A DNA stretch of 64,000 bases from an uncultured Acidimicrobiia bacterium (GTDB lineage: Bacteria; Acidobacteriota; Terriglobia; Versatilivoradales; Versatilivoraceae): positions 340,584 to 404,583 of the forward strand of contig CAWBAT010000009.1 in the NCBI GenBank assembly GCA_963786955.1. Reading direction: 5' to 3'. The position numbers were made by a program, and so were the translations under genes. This document shows, in pieces, positions 10,969 through 22,371 of this stretch. The notes beneath the pieces are model-generated. The model was not told the DNA's origin, did no database searches, and saw only the letters and a program-made list of their open reading frames with translations. Position 1 is the stretch's first letter, and the number at the start of each line of letters is the position of its first letter.

Positions 10969-12546
10969 CTATTGGCTGGGAAGGTTTTTGAGAATTTCTT
11001 TGGCCTCGGCATTCCCAGGTTCAAGATCCAAGGCAATCAATGCCTCGGCCTTAGCCTCTTCCATTCGGTTCAGAGAAAGGTAGAGATGAGAAAGTTGGAG
11101 TCGAGCCGATGCACTTTCCTGCAACCACACGGCGGCACGGAGCTCCGAGATTGCTTTGTCCTTCTCTCCTTTGGCCTCCAGCACTCTGGCCATGATGAGT
11201 CTCGCTTCGATCGACTGGGGCGCGTCTTGGATGATTCTCATGAGTAACTGCTCCGCCTTATCCAGCTGTTTTGCCGCCAAACTCTGTTTAGCCAGTTCGA
11301 TTCCCTCACGAATCTTTTCCTTTTCCGTTCGGGGACCTTCTTTCCATTCCTTGATTTGTCGGATCTGCAATTGAAGCTGCTTTAGACTGGATTCGTCGAA
11401 GTGTGTTTGGATCCGAAACAGATCAGGAGCCTGCTTTCGCGCTTCCCAGCTCTCCACCTTCGGATTAAGACGTCGAGCCTCTTCCCAAGCAACTGCCGAT
11501 TCCTCGGCGTTGCCAAGGGCCTGAAAACACTTGAACAAAAGATACTGTGCTTCCCCATCCGAACCAATGAATTCGTTCACTTCGTCCAAAGTTTTAATCG
11601 CCGCACTGAAATTTCCTGTTCTCCAATAGTAATAAGCCAGATTAAAACTATAATCCGGTTCCGATGGCTCCATTTCAACTGCCTTCTGTAACGCGGCGGC
11701 AGCCCTCTGATTTGAGCCCTGGAGGCTCAGGGAAATTCCGAGGTTACTGACAACCTGCCCCAATGGAACGATTCCGCTCAAACGCTGAAACTCCTCTACC
11801 GACTTGTCATAGCTTTTCAGGTAAAAATAGTTCAACCCTACCAGAAAATGGGCTTCCAGGTAACCTTCATTCAGCCTGAAGAGTTTCTGAAGCCACAGAT
11901 TTGACGTTGCATAGTCCTTTTGCTGATAGTAAAGCTTGCCTAACTGAAGAATTGCTTTCGCATAATTGGGATACTCCCGTTCAGCCTGGCGAAAGAATCG
12001 GAGCTGTTTGATCTGATCAGAGTCGATGACTCCCCGGATATAACTCTCCAGGGCGATATTCGGAATTGTTGGAAATTGTGCCAGATATGCTTCCAGACTC
12101 AGCGGGAACGAGCTATCGATTTGTGTCAGTAATTTCCAGGCCAGGCGCCCACTCAGCAATTGAATCTCTTCGAGCGGACCTGCTTCTTTTAAGGGTTGGT
12201 TAAGACTGTTCTTTCGTAAATCCAAAGCGGACAAGCTGACTTCGATCTTCTTCCCGTCTGAACTAAATTCCCCCAAAATCAAGAATTGAGCATCGAGTTC
12301 CTGTCCGATTTTGATCAAGGTTGCTTTCGACGAATTCAGGGAATAGGCAATCCCAATCCGATCAAATGCGATCACTTGTTCATCCCGGCCCAGAGAATTC
12401 AAACTCGGCCATTTCATGCGCTCCTCAAGCAATTCAGGAAGACATTCACTCAGCCATTGAATGCCAGGATTTCTTGAGATATTGGTGAACGGAAGAACAA
12501 CCAGGGTCCGAACCTCCGACATGCCTACTTGAGCGAAAGAGAGCAA
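10969..12546 (-). CDS. Exported TPR-repeat protein with N-terminal TolB-N/CsgG-like domain (true start probably slightly upstream)
   Basis: LVVLPFTNIS...W...ILGEF N-terminal domain followed by many TPR helix pairs (e.g. AHFLVGLNYFYLKSYDKS, YSFNLAYYYWRTGNFSAA). Confidence 0.8.
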   Translation of the reverse strand: MLSFAQVGMSEVRTLVVLPFTNISRNPGIQWLSECLPELLEERMKWPSLNSLGRDEQVIAFDRIGIAYSLNSSKATLIKIGQELDAQFLILGEFSSDGKKIEVSLSALDLRKNSLNQPLKEAGPLEEIQLLSGRLAWKLLTQIDSSFPLSLEAYLAQFPTIPNIALESYIRGVIDSDQIKQLRFFRQAEREYPNYAKAILQLGKLYYQQKDYATSNLWLQKLFRLNEGYLEAHFLVGLNYFYLKSYDKSVEEFQRLSGIVPLGQVVSNLGISLSLQGSNQRAAAALQKAVEMEPSEPDYSFNLAYYYWRTGNFSAAIKTLDEVNEFIGSDGEAQYLLFKCFQALGNAEESAVAWEEARRLNPKVESWEARKQAPDLFRIQTHFDESSLKQLQLQIRQIKEWKEGPRTEKEKIREGIELAKQSLAAKQLDKAEQLLMRIIQDAPQSIEARLIMARVLEAKGEKDKAISELRAAVWLQESASARLQLSHLYLSLNRMEEAKAEALIALDLEPGNAEAKEILKNLPSQ

Positions 12547-12880
12547 GAGGCAGAGCAGTCAGAAATCCTCTCCGAGCGCTAGAGACTCCTAAAGAAGCGC
12601 GGCCTGCTCGTCGTGAACACCCTCCGGCTTAGGCTCTCAATTCCTCGAATCCTGGAGTGAGCCTTCGTCTGGAGGGTTTTCGTAGTCCCGCGAATCCTAG
12701 CTTCTAATTCTCATAACTTCATTATTATATCAAAGCAAAATCATGACTTACATCTCGAAAGGCAGCTCCGATCCAAGATATTGATTGAACTTTTCCAATT
12801 CTGAGCTTCGTTCCTAGGAATGGGTGTACGGTAAGCTGATGTGGGTTATAATGGGAAATTTAGAGGAGCACTTGACAAAT

Positions 12881-13078
12881 ATGAATCCAGCTAAGACTCG
12901 ATCCCTGGTAGGGCCCTTGGTTTTGATTGGAATCGGTATCTTGTTTTTGATTCACAATTTAACCGAGATCAACATATTTAAATTGATTTGGCCTTATTGG
13001 CCTTTAGTTTTGATCCTGATCGGGGTCAGTAAGCTCGTGGAGTACTACAAGAGGAAAAATCCGATTTCCGGGGAATGA
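12881..13078 (+). CDS. Small two-TM LiaF/LiaI-like (DUF5668-like) membrane protein
   Basis: GPLVLIGIGILFLIHNL...WPYWPLVLILIGVSKL pattern; GAGGAG upstream. Confidence 0.75.
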   Translation: MNPAKTRSLVGPLVLIGIGILFLIHNLTEINIFKLIWPYWPLVLILIGVSKLVEYYKRKNPISGE

Positions 13079-13120
13079 TTTGAGCTAGCACCCTGGGAGT
13101 GAAAGCTTGGTGTTCCGACC

Positions 13121-13972
13121 TCAATCAGGGCTTTTGAGCCTGCTTTCGGATTTCAGTTTGGCTTCCTGCCAGAATTTCTCGAGTTCTTGAATATCACTTT
13201 GGCTGAAATCCCTACCCGCCTCGCGCAAGCAGTGCTCAATATGTTGAAATCTTCGAATGAATTTCTTGTTGGTTTTGCGAAGCGCTGTTTCTGGGTCAAT
13301 TTTTAGAAATCGCGCAATATTCACCGCCACAAATAGAAGATCCCCAACCTCCTGTTCCACCCGGGGATCGATAGGTCCCTCCTTCTCAGTCTGCAGCGCT
13401 TCTTTCAACTCATCGACTTCTTCGTGAAGTTTCTGAAAAATTCCCTCGATATCCGACCAGTCGAAGCCAACCCGGGCTGCTTTTGTCGTCAGCTTGTTTG
13501 CCTCAAGGAGCGCAGACATGGGGGGGATCCCTTCCAGAATAGAAGGCGTCGAATTCTCGGCCATCATCGCCGTCTGCCGTTTCGCTCGCTCGGCCTGTTT
13601 AATGGATTCCCAGTTCTGGATGACTTCCTCAGGCGAAGAAGCACGTTCATCTCCGAAGACATGAGGATGCCTGCGGATCATCTTCGAAATGATGGCATGG
13701 ATCACGTCCTCGATTCGGAAACTTCCCTCTTCATCTGCCAACTTGGACAGGAAAATCACTTGAAACAGAAGATCGCCCAGTTCCAGACACAATTCTTGAC
13801 GATCCCCCGTATCCAGAGCCTCGAGAACTTCATAAGCCTCTTCCAATACCATGGGCTTCAGTGTATCGAAGGTCTGCTCCCGATCCCAGGGACAGCCTTC
13901 TGGCCCTTTTAATCGATCCACCAGAGCGACCAATTCTTCAAATGTATTTCCTTTGTTCAATGCCGTCTCCAT
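13121..13972 (-). CDS. mazG: Nucleoside triphosphate pyrophosphohydrolase MazG
   Basis: GCPWDREQT, EEAYEV, ELGDLL, KMIRRHPHVFG, VGFDW, EVGDLLF, KFIRRF. Confidence 0.95.
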   Translation of the reverse strand: METALNKGNTFEELVALVDRLKGPEGCPWDREQTFDTLKPMVLEEAYEVLEALDTGDRQELCLELGDLLFQVIFLSKLADEEGSFRIEDVIHAIISKMIRRHPHVFGDERASSPEEVIQNWESIKQAERAKRQTAMMAENSTPSILEGIPPMSALLEANKLTTKAARVGFDWSDIEGIFQKLHEEVDELKEALQTEKEGPIDPRVEQEVGDLLFVAVNIARFLKIDPETALRKTNKKFIRRFQHIEHCLREAGRDFSQSDIQELEKFWQEAKLKSESRLKSPD

Positions 13973-14264
13973 TCCTTTCTGGGACAATCAGGTCTCATGC
14001 ATGCAAAACCCTTACTCCACATGGAGACCTAACATTTCCACAGGGTTCAGAACACCTGCAACGCAAGCCAGGTCTGAACGGCTCAGATCTGCGTCTATGT
14101 CCCAACTTTTGACGGTAATTAAAGACTGCCGCTACCGCTTAATCTTGCGAATGGAAGAGTCGGACAACAGGCCGATTAATTCTTTCCGAACCTACACTTC
14201 CCAAGCTGCTCAAAAACTTGCTATCATTTTGCATCAAATATTCAAAAAGCCAAGAAAAGTTCAG

Positions 14265-15870
14265 ATGAACTCTATTCGCCAAAGAACACGATTACTACTT
14301 GCGCTCATATTTTACTGCAGTGTCACTGTGGGAAGAAACAGTTCGAGGACAGGATCTTCATCCCAAGCAACCGCGGGCGGGCGGACGATTGCGACTGGCT
14401 GCACAATCGCCAAGCTCTTTGGATCCGATACGGTCGCAGTCTTATTGGGAATCAGAAATTGTGCTGCAACTATTTGACGGATTAGTGCGGCTTGATCCTT
14501 CATTAAATATTGTCCCCGCCATTGCTCAGGATTGGTCGATATCGCCCGATGGCAGGGTTTATCAGTTCGATCTTCGAAAGGGGTAAGGTTTCATAACGGC
14601 CGCGAAGTCGCGGCAGAGGATTTCGTTTATTCCTTCTCACGATTGCTAGATCCAAAGGAAGAATCACAAGACTCGCATCCTTACTTACAAATCCGCGGTA
14701 CAAGCGACTTGCGTCAAGGGAAGACATCGGTAGTGAGCGGCCTTCGTGCCAAAGATCAATACCACTTCCAAATTATCCTGGAACATCCTATGCGCCATTC
14801 TTGCGTCTCCTGGCTCTTCAACCCGCTTCGGTGGTTCCCCAAGAGGAATTTGCGCCAGGCAAGAATTTTTCGACAGAAACCCGTCGGGACGGGCCGTTCC
14901 GGTTGGACTCATGGGACATCGAAGTCTAAAATCCGATTGAAGGCGAATCCCGATTATTTCGGAGGGAAACCTTTCCTCGATGAGCTGCAAATCCGGACTT
15001 TCTCTGCTCTGAGCGCAAAAGAAAGCTATCAGGAATTTCTCGAAGGGAAGCTGGATCTTTCTTTTGTTCCGACGGAGCGCAGTATCTCGAGGCAAAAAAC
15101 AATCCGAATTGGATTTATGTTAGCCGCCCCGTACTTCGGTTTCTTTATCTAGGAATGAACATGAACGACCCCTCATACAAAATCCCGATGTCCGCAAAGC
15201 CATCTATCATGCCATTAATAAGAAAGAAGCAGTCGGCCAGGATTTGGATTATGAGGTGACTCATGCCATTCTTCCGTTTTCGCTCCTGGGGTCAAAGTAT
15301 TCAAAGCAATCGGACCCCTACGCTCCCGAAGTCGCGCGGCAAGCTTTAAAGCAATTCAAATTGAAAGGAGGAAAAAATGTGCCTTTGCAGCTTTGGCATG
15401 CCTATGTTTCCGACTCCCGAACCCGCCTACTCTCTCAAATTTCCAGTGAGTCTGAACGCCGTTGGCTTTAACGTTGAACTCAGATTAGTCTCATCGATGA
15501 ACGAACTCCTCACGAGGATTTATTCCAGACAGACCCAGCTCTTCCTGCTTGGAGAACAGATTGACTTTCCGGACCCAGATGCCCTATTCGACCGCCTCTT
15601 CAACTCAAAGAGCCACGGGAATCCCTTTGGTTATCACAATCCTGTTGTGGACCGTTTGCTCATGGAAGCCCAGGAAACTCTGGATGACGAACAGCGTGCC
15701 AGGCTATACGGTGAGATTGAGCAAATGATTTTGGCCGATCACGCCATCTTGCCCCTGGCGTGTGTCAAATACTCCTACGTCCATTCCCGGCGATTTAAAG
15801 ATCTGGATGTGTCCGTGTTCTGGGATTTCAGTATCTCCCTTTCCGTCAGGTTTGGGTTCAAGGTGAATGA
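14265..15870 (+). CDS. ABC transporter peptide-binding protein, family 5 (OppA/DppA-like); many frameshifts
   Basis: Fragments SLDP, LFDGLV...IVPAIAQDWSISPDG, GVRFHNG...AEDFVYSF, KPVGTG, ANPDYFGGKP, NPDVRKAI, DFPDPD, YHNPVVDRL...R..LY; stop TGA at 15868-15870. Confidence 0.85.
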
Positions 15871-15881
15871 AGCGGAAAATC

Positions 15882-17609
15882 TCAATTCCCGATGTTCTCC
15901 AATTCCCGTTCTACTGATTCCATGAGCGGGAGTAAGACATCCGGCCCGAAATCAAACCGGATATTGGCGCCGGTAAATAGTTCGGGCAATGGTCGGCTTC
16001 CACCCAATTGCAGAGCGTTCCAGTAATCGTTGACGGCCTTGCCGAAATCTTTCTTTGAATTCAACCACACCTGCAGCGCACCCAGTTGGGCAATCGCGTA
16101 TTCAATATAGTAAAAAGGCAACTCGAAAATATGCAATTGGCGGTGCCAACTCGTCGCCTGGATATGTTCCAACTGGCTCCAGTCCTCAATTCCTCCAAAG
16201 CGCCGATGCAACTCGAGCCAGGCTTTCCGGCGTTCTTCGACAGAATGCTCGGGGTGAGTATAGATCCAATGCTGGAAGGCATCGACCCTGGCGATCCAGG
16301 GTAAAATGTCAATGATCCCTTCGAGGTGTCTTTTTCTCGATCGATTGAAATCTTCCGAAATCGGGTAGAACACACTCAGGAATTCCCCCCCCAGCAGTTC
16401 CATACTCATCGACGCGACTTCACAGAACTCAATCGGGGCGTGGCGATAATCCGTTAAGGGTTCGTCTCCGGGTAGCAAAAACATGGAAGGCATGGCCAGA
16501 CTCATGGAGCAGCGTCCTGACATCGCCATCCAACCCGACCGCGTTCATGAAGATAAAGGGGAGACGGGCTTCTTCCAGAGAGGCCTGGTACCCTCCAGGC
16601 GCCTTCCCTTTGCGGCTTTCGAGGTCCAGCAAACGGAGCTCCCGCATCGTCGCAATGAACTCACCAAATCGATTGTCCATCTTCCTGGTGATGTTCAAGC
16701 AACCTTCCACCAGATCTCCCGCTTCTTGAAAAGGTTTCAGAGGTGGACGGTTTTGGGGATCCACACTCAGATCCCACGGGCGCAAGTTTGGCTAGATTGA
16801 GATCTCTTGCCCGCCGCTCTTCGATTTTTCGCATGAGCGGAACGACCGCTTTTTCAACGCCTTCGTGGAAGCGAAAACAATCTTCAGGTGTATAATCAAA
16901 ACGTTCCAGGTGTTTGAAAGCATAATCCCGGTAAGAAGTGTATCCGGCGTTAAACGAAATCTTCCGCCGCAGCTCCAGAAGATCATTGAAAATAGTCTCT
17001 AGCCTTTCGGACTCCCTCCAGCGTACGTCCACAACAGCCTTCCACGCAGCCTCTCGCAGTGAACGATCCGGGAATTCCTGGTAACGGCTCATTTGCTGCA
17101 GAGTCTGCTCCCGGCCTTCGAATTCAACAGTCAGTGACCCGATCAGTTTCTGATAATTTTGCGATAATTTGGATTCTTCCGTTTCAAGCCGGACGTTTTC
17201 CTCACGGAATAGATCGACGTCATTTTGAAAGGATCGTTTCAAAACAAAGTATCGCCGACTGGGGAGATGATTCCAAGACGGTGATTGCAAGATCTTGATC
17301 TTGAGCCGGTGGTCGGCAGACTTGACGTTTTCCGAGATTTCTTCAAGGTAATCAAAATAGGATTTCTCCAGATCTTTGTTTTCAGTGTCGCAGGTCATGC
17401 GGATGTACCGCACAGAGCCTTCCTCCTGAATAGCATCCATCAACTCACTCCGGTTCAGGAGCCAAGATTCCAGTTGCGCGGGTGTATCCAGTGGGCTCCG
17501 CTCCAGCAGTTCAAACAACGGGAGGATATTTTGCCATCGCGAAAAATCCAAGGGAGCAAGAACGAATCGGCGCCCAAATTGATGAGGGAATGTTCGTCAG
17601 TACGGTCAT
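15882..17609 (-). CDS. M3-family oligoendopeptidase (PepF-like); frameshifted
   Basis: PWDL, LDLESRKGKAPGGY, zinc motif LLHESGHAFH, EVASMSMEL, HIFELPFYYIEY. Confidence 0.9.
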
Positions 17610-17833
17610 AGAATAAATTGGCTCCTTTCCAGCTGAAACCCGTATATGCTACGAGGAGACGAGAATAATTGCCAGGATAGTTATTCAATCCTTAATACGG
17701 TCCTGTCAGGGAGAATCCTTTGAACATGAATCCTGAAAACCCCTTGGAATACCTTGAGTCTTGTTTTGAAACTGGGTGCTTGGCATCGGTCCTTCCTGCC
17801 ACACCTTGCGTTCACAGCCAGTGAAGAAATAGA

Positions 17834-19033
17834 ATGACCCAATTTCGAAGTAGATCAGCCTGGCAGGCTGCAGAAAGGATTCCTTACTTTGTCTTTCTTT
17901 ATTCGCTCTTGGGTGTCTCCCTTCTCGCCCTCATCCTCTGGGATTCTTTTGAAACCATCATCCTTCCTCGCCGCGTGACTCGCCGGTTCAGGCTGACGAG
18001 AACGTTTTATAAGTACACGAGGACCCCTTGGCTCCAGATTGCGCGCCGGATGAATCCTGGCAAGAGGCAGGAAGGATTCCTGAGCGTTTTCGGGCCTCTT
18101 TCTGTGTTATTGCTCTTCGCGGTGTGGGCGGTGGGACTGATTCTGAGCTTCGCGATGCTGCAATGGGCGACAGGCAGAGGAACTGGGGGGGGATGGAGCA
18201 TTCAGTCTTTTCGAGCCGACCTATACCTGAGCGGAACAACTTTTTTCACGCTTGGCCTTGGGGATGTCACGCCGCATACACCTCTGGCGCGGTTCGTGAC
18301 GGTTGCGGAGGCTGGAACCGGCTTCGGCTTTCTGGCCATCGTGATCGCCTATCTGCCTGTACTCTACGGAGCGTTTTCCCGGCGCGAGGTCAACATTTCG
18401 CTGCTTGACGCTCGAGCAGGATCTCCGCCGACGGCAGCGGAACTCCTGCGACGGCACTCGCGGCAAAACAACCTGGAAGCGTTGGAGCAATATCTACTTG
18501 CGTGGGAAACCTGGGCTGCGGAGCTGATGGAAAGCCATCTCTCATATCCTGTTCTTTGCTATTTTAGATCTCAACACAACAACCAGTCTTGGGTTTCAGC
18601 CCTAGCCACAATCTTAGATTCCTGCGCTCTGCTCATCGCACATACCGAAGGGGCCCTCCGCTGGCAAGCCGAGCTGACCTTCGCTATATCGCGGCACGCC
18701 CTCGTGGATTTGGCTCAGGTTATTGCCGTCCCACCCCGACCACCCTCCGTGGATCGTTTCGACCCCGTTATCTTGACAGAATTGCGGGTAATCTTAGGTG
18801 CCGCCGGCGCACCGCTCTGCAAGGCACGTGCAGCCGAGGAGACGCTCACCCAACTCCGGCAGATGTATGAACCTTTCTTGTTCGGCTTTTCGGAGCTCTT
18901 ACTCATGCCCCTTCCGGTCTGGCGTACAGGCACGGGCTTCGTTGACAACTGGAAGACTAGCGCTTGGGGAAGGGTTTCAACCGCGGCGGGTATCGTCCCT
19001 GTTTTGCCAGTCGAAGAGGACGACCATGCTTAA
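17834..19033 (+). CDS. Potassium-channel-family protein (ion_trans_2 pore) with long cytoplasmic C-terminus
   Basis: TM helices flanking the pore helix and filter YLSGTTFFTLGLGD; conserved-looking SRRE...LDARAGSPP and ESHLSYPVLCYFRS. Start may be slightly downstream. Confidence 0.85.
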   Translation: MTQFRSRSAWQAAERIPYFVFLYSLLGVSLLALILWDSFETIILPRRVTRRFRLTRTFYKYTRTPWLQIARRMNPGKRQEGFLSVFGPLSVLLLFAVWAVGLILSFAMLQWATGRGTGGGWSIQSFRADLYLSGTTFFTLGLGDVTPHTPLARFVTVAEAGTGFGFLAIVIAYLPVLYGAFSRREVNISLLDARAGSPPTAAELLRRHSRQNNLEALEQYLLAWETWAAELMESHLSYPVLCYFRSQHNNQSWVSALATILDSCALLIAHTEGALRWQAELTFAISRHALVDLAQVIAVPPRPPSVDRFDPVILTELRVILGAAGAPLCKARAAEETLTQLRQMYEPFLFGFSELLLMPLPVWRTGTGFVDNWKTSAWGRVSTAAGIVPVLPVEEDDHA

Positions 19034-19149
19034 GTCACACTCTCCCGAAGACATGCAATGAAGACATGTCGCTGCCCGGTCGGAATAAATCGAGAATTTT
19101 CAAAAAGGGTGTAAGTTAATCTTCCCGCATACTTCTTCCCTGTCCTGCG

Positions 19150-19223
19150 CTGTAGCGGCGCTCTATGAGCGCCGTTTCCTTTCATTTCAACGGCTTTGCC
19201 GGCGCTCATAGAGCGCCGCTACA
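19150..19223. repeat. REPIN-like element, second copy (inverted relative to 3672-3747)
   Basis: CTGTAGCGGCGCTCTATGAGCGCCG (19150-19174), 25-nt spacer, CGGCGCTCATAGAGCGCCGCTACA (19200-19223). Confidence 0.85.
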
Positions 19224-21800
19224 ATTTCTTCTCACCTGCAGGATCTGGGGGGGGCAATGGAGTGGATTCCGATTTTCTAGCGGGAGCAGAAAAGCTGTTC
19301 TGCGCCATATCCCCGGTTAGCGTCTCTTTGACCGAAGCACCGATACTTCGAACATGGAGGTCTCGCTGTGGGAAAGGAATTTCGATACCTGCTTCTCGCA
19401 ATGCCTTGGCAACGGCGACCGCCACATCGCTCTTCAGTTGGAACCACGTTTCCTGCCGGGCAGACCAGAAGCGAAGCTCGAAGTTCAGCGCGCTCTCCCC
19501 AAAACCTAAGAAAAAAGCCATCGGCTCGGGGTTAATCATGACCCCGGATTTTGACTTCGCCACTTCGACGAGCAGTTTCAGAACCCGTTCGGGATCTGTT
19601 CCGTAGGCTACCCAACGGGCACTTCGACACGCCGCCAGGACGATGACAGGGTCCAATTGATGACCTGATTCGAGATCAATTGCTGTTGGGCACAATCACT
19701 TCTGCATCCTGGAAAGTTTGAACCGTACTTGAACGGGCTCCTATCCGCTTGACCGTACCAGCCATTCCTCCGATGTCCACGGTATCACCGACTCGAATGG
19801 GCCGCTCGAAAAGCAGGATCAATCCAGAGACAAAGTTATTCACGATATTTTGCAAACCAAAGCCCAACCCGACACCAACGGCCCCTGTGACCACAGTAAA
19901 CTTATTCAAATCCACGCCATTGCATCAGTATAGCCGCCATGATAACCAACACTAAAAGGATATAATAGGTAAACTTCGAGATTGCGTACGGAATGCCTTG
20001 CTGTAGGGGCAATCGCAAAAGCACAGACTTTTCGAGCGCAAAGGTGAGAGACTTTGCCAGGGCGAGACCGAGAGCAAGATAAAGAAAATGCTCAGTGTCA
20101 CCTCCAAGCGTGAAATGAAACTTTCCGACACCGAGACGGGAATTCGAGCACACTCGGACACGGCGCCCGCGATGTTGTCATAGATACTGAAAAAATACAG
20201 TTCGGTCCTTAGCCACAGCAAGAAAGCACCAGAGCCAGGATGCGCTCGCCCCAGCGCTCAATGTTCTCCCGGCGCCCTTGGGTCAGAGAGCGTCCCCGGT
20301 CACTGCGCAAAGCGATAATTAGAACCAGAACAAGGATGCGTGCTGTGCTGTAATAGGCGGCCGCTATAAAGGCGCCGACGAGCGTTCCGCGCCTGAGGAC
20401 TAAGAGACAGGGAACAAAGCCAAGAATATTGGCTGCAAGAGAGGCAACTAGCAGAAACACCCCGACTCGGAACGCGACGACCAGTGCCTTCAGGCTCCGG
20501 CCGGACATTCTGCAGTTGGCGCAACCGGGATCGACGTGCGAACCAAACAAAGATGACAATCGCGGCCAAAACGACAATAACCGAGATTTCCCGCTTCAGC
20601 ACCGGCTCAGATAGGTGTTAAGATTCGTATCCCCTCAACCAGATTGAATGCGGCCAATGTATAGAGAAAAGGTCGCAATCCTGGCTCCAGCAGAGGTGGA
20701 AACAACCGCAACGTCAGAATCAAGCCAAGAAGGTAGACGACAACGGCTATCTCACTCGGAACAGTGGCAATTTGACCAATTATTCCCAGCAAAGCCAGTA
20801 GCAGTGAGATCGAGAAGGGGTGAGCGAAAATCTCCGCAACTTCTGGAGAAACTCCCGGAAGTGTCCCCGTCGCTAACGTAACGCTTCAACTTAAAAGCCA
20901 CAATCAAACCCAAGATAAACAGGCACGAGACGGCGAACATGCGGCCTTTCTTGGCGCTCAAATAATCCCAGGGGCTCGTTAATTCTCGATCGATAGGTCG
21001 ACGGAACAGCATGCTCATGGACTGATCGGTCTTGCGCAACTCGCGCGGCTCCCAAAGCGGATAGTTATCCCTCTCCAGCAGGCGACCACGCAAGCGATCC
21101 TGAGCAATTCCCAACTTAGTCAGCACGTCTGAAATCTGCTTGTCTTGCAGCGAGACCTGGTTTTGGAGTGTCAGAACCTGGTTTAATTGCTCCTTGGCCC
21201 GCTGGCGGGTGACACGGATTGCGTCTAGCTTCTGCCGGATCCGTTCGATGACGGCTTGAATCCCGCGGGTATCGTGGATCTGGTCCCAAGTCGCCTGCCA
21301 CTGTAGTTGCTGCTCATCAAGTAGCCGGAACTGGTTCTCCAGGTCGGCAGCCCGAGCCTTCAGAAGCTTGCGCTGGGCAGCAAATGGTTGGCTCAGAGTT
21401 CGCCAGTAATGCTCTTCGTCTCGGAGTTCCAGGGTGTTCGGTCTGCCGTCGAGCAGATGTTCCACTTGTTGCAGGCGATCACGAATCTCTTCATCCTTGG
21501 CCTTCGCCATGCTTTCAGACGGAAGCTGACTCGCCGTGGAGATTAATTGACCGGAAATTTCCTGTAACAGGAGATCCAATTCCTCAGCCCGGTCAGCAAC
21601 TTGCGGCAGGGGAATCCCTTGATTAGGGGGGGGAGGTGTTGAAGACGCCGCGGGCACTGGAGGTTGGACGGTTTGGCTCGGTGCCTGGCCTGCCTTCTTC
21701 TTTCCCGGCGTCTGAGCCTGCCCAAACGGCACTAACAAGAGCGAAGGAAGTGAAGAGCAACATCACGATCAAAAAGCCTTGCCCTACTCTCTTTTCAAGA
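19219..21800 (-). CDS. Large MscS-family mechanosensitive channel (MscK-like, periplasmic coiled coil); many frameshifts, start approximate
   Basis: Gln/Leu-rich coiled-coil N-terminus (20752-21738), TM fragments, GVGLGFGLQNIVNNFVSGLILLFERPIRVGD, VIVPNS, VAYGTD, FGESALNFEL, GIEIPFPQRDLH. Confidence 0.9.
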
Positions 21801-22371
21801 TGAGCTCCCTTGAACCGATTCTGCTTTGGTGTGACTGCCCGGCCAGCTCTGGGGCTTTCGTCCCAGGAGAATGGTGACAGAAGACGCTCAGTCACTGAAT
21901 TCTTTCCTTTGAAAAAGTAGCTGGGCTCGCATGCAGCATCATTCACCTTACTCCGTCGATCTGAGTTGGCTTGAGACTAGCATCTTGGGAATCACCCGGC
22001 AACGGGCTTTTGCATTCACCTTTTCGCATCGCAAGTTATCTTGAGCGTAGTCATGAGGAATTTACCACGGGGGACACAGGGATTCTTAGCTTTTGAAGGG
22101 AACAAATTTCGCAGCCGGCGCAGAAATGCAAAACCCACGTGCCTACGCCACCCTCGGATATTTTGAACTTCTGCAGCAATCAAATTCATCGTGGTGCGAC
22201 TCCGAAATACGAGCCTGCCCAACCAGCTGTTTGACAGGAAAGCTTGCCTTGATAGCACGGAAATAGCGTGCTTTTAGGGCGGATTACCCAAAGCCAATTT
22301 CAAGGAATCATACCTTATTCAGGAAAAGCTCAAAATGTCTATTGAGAATAGGTATTGCAGGGTAGGGTCGG

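Noticed and set aside
13121-13972. mazG as part of a toxin-antitoxin or anti-phage locus
   Set aside because: It is the full-length two-domain housekeeping type, with no mazEF or defence genes adjacent.
21950-22370. Long intergenic region upstream of the MscK-like gene as a c-di-GMP or other riboswitch
   Set aside because: I could not find the GEMM-type conserved elements or a convincing terminator; only short hairpins are present.
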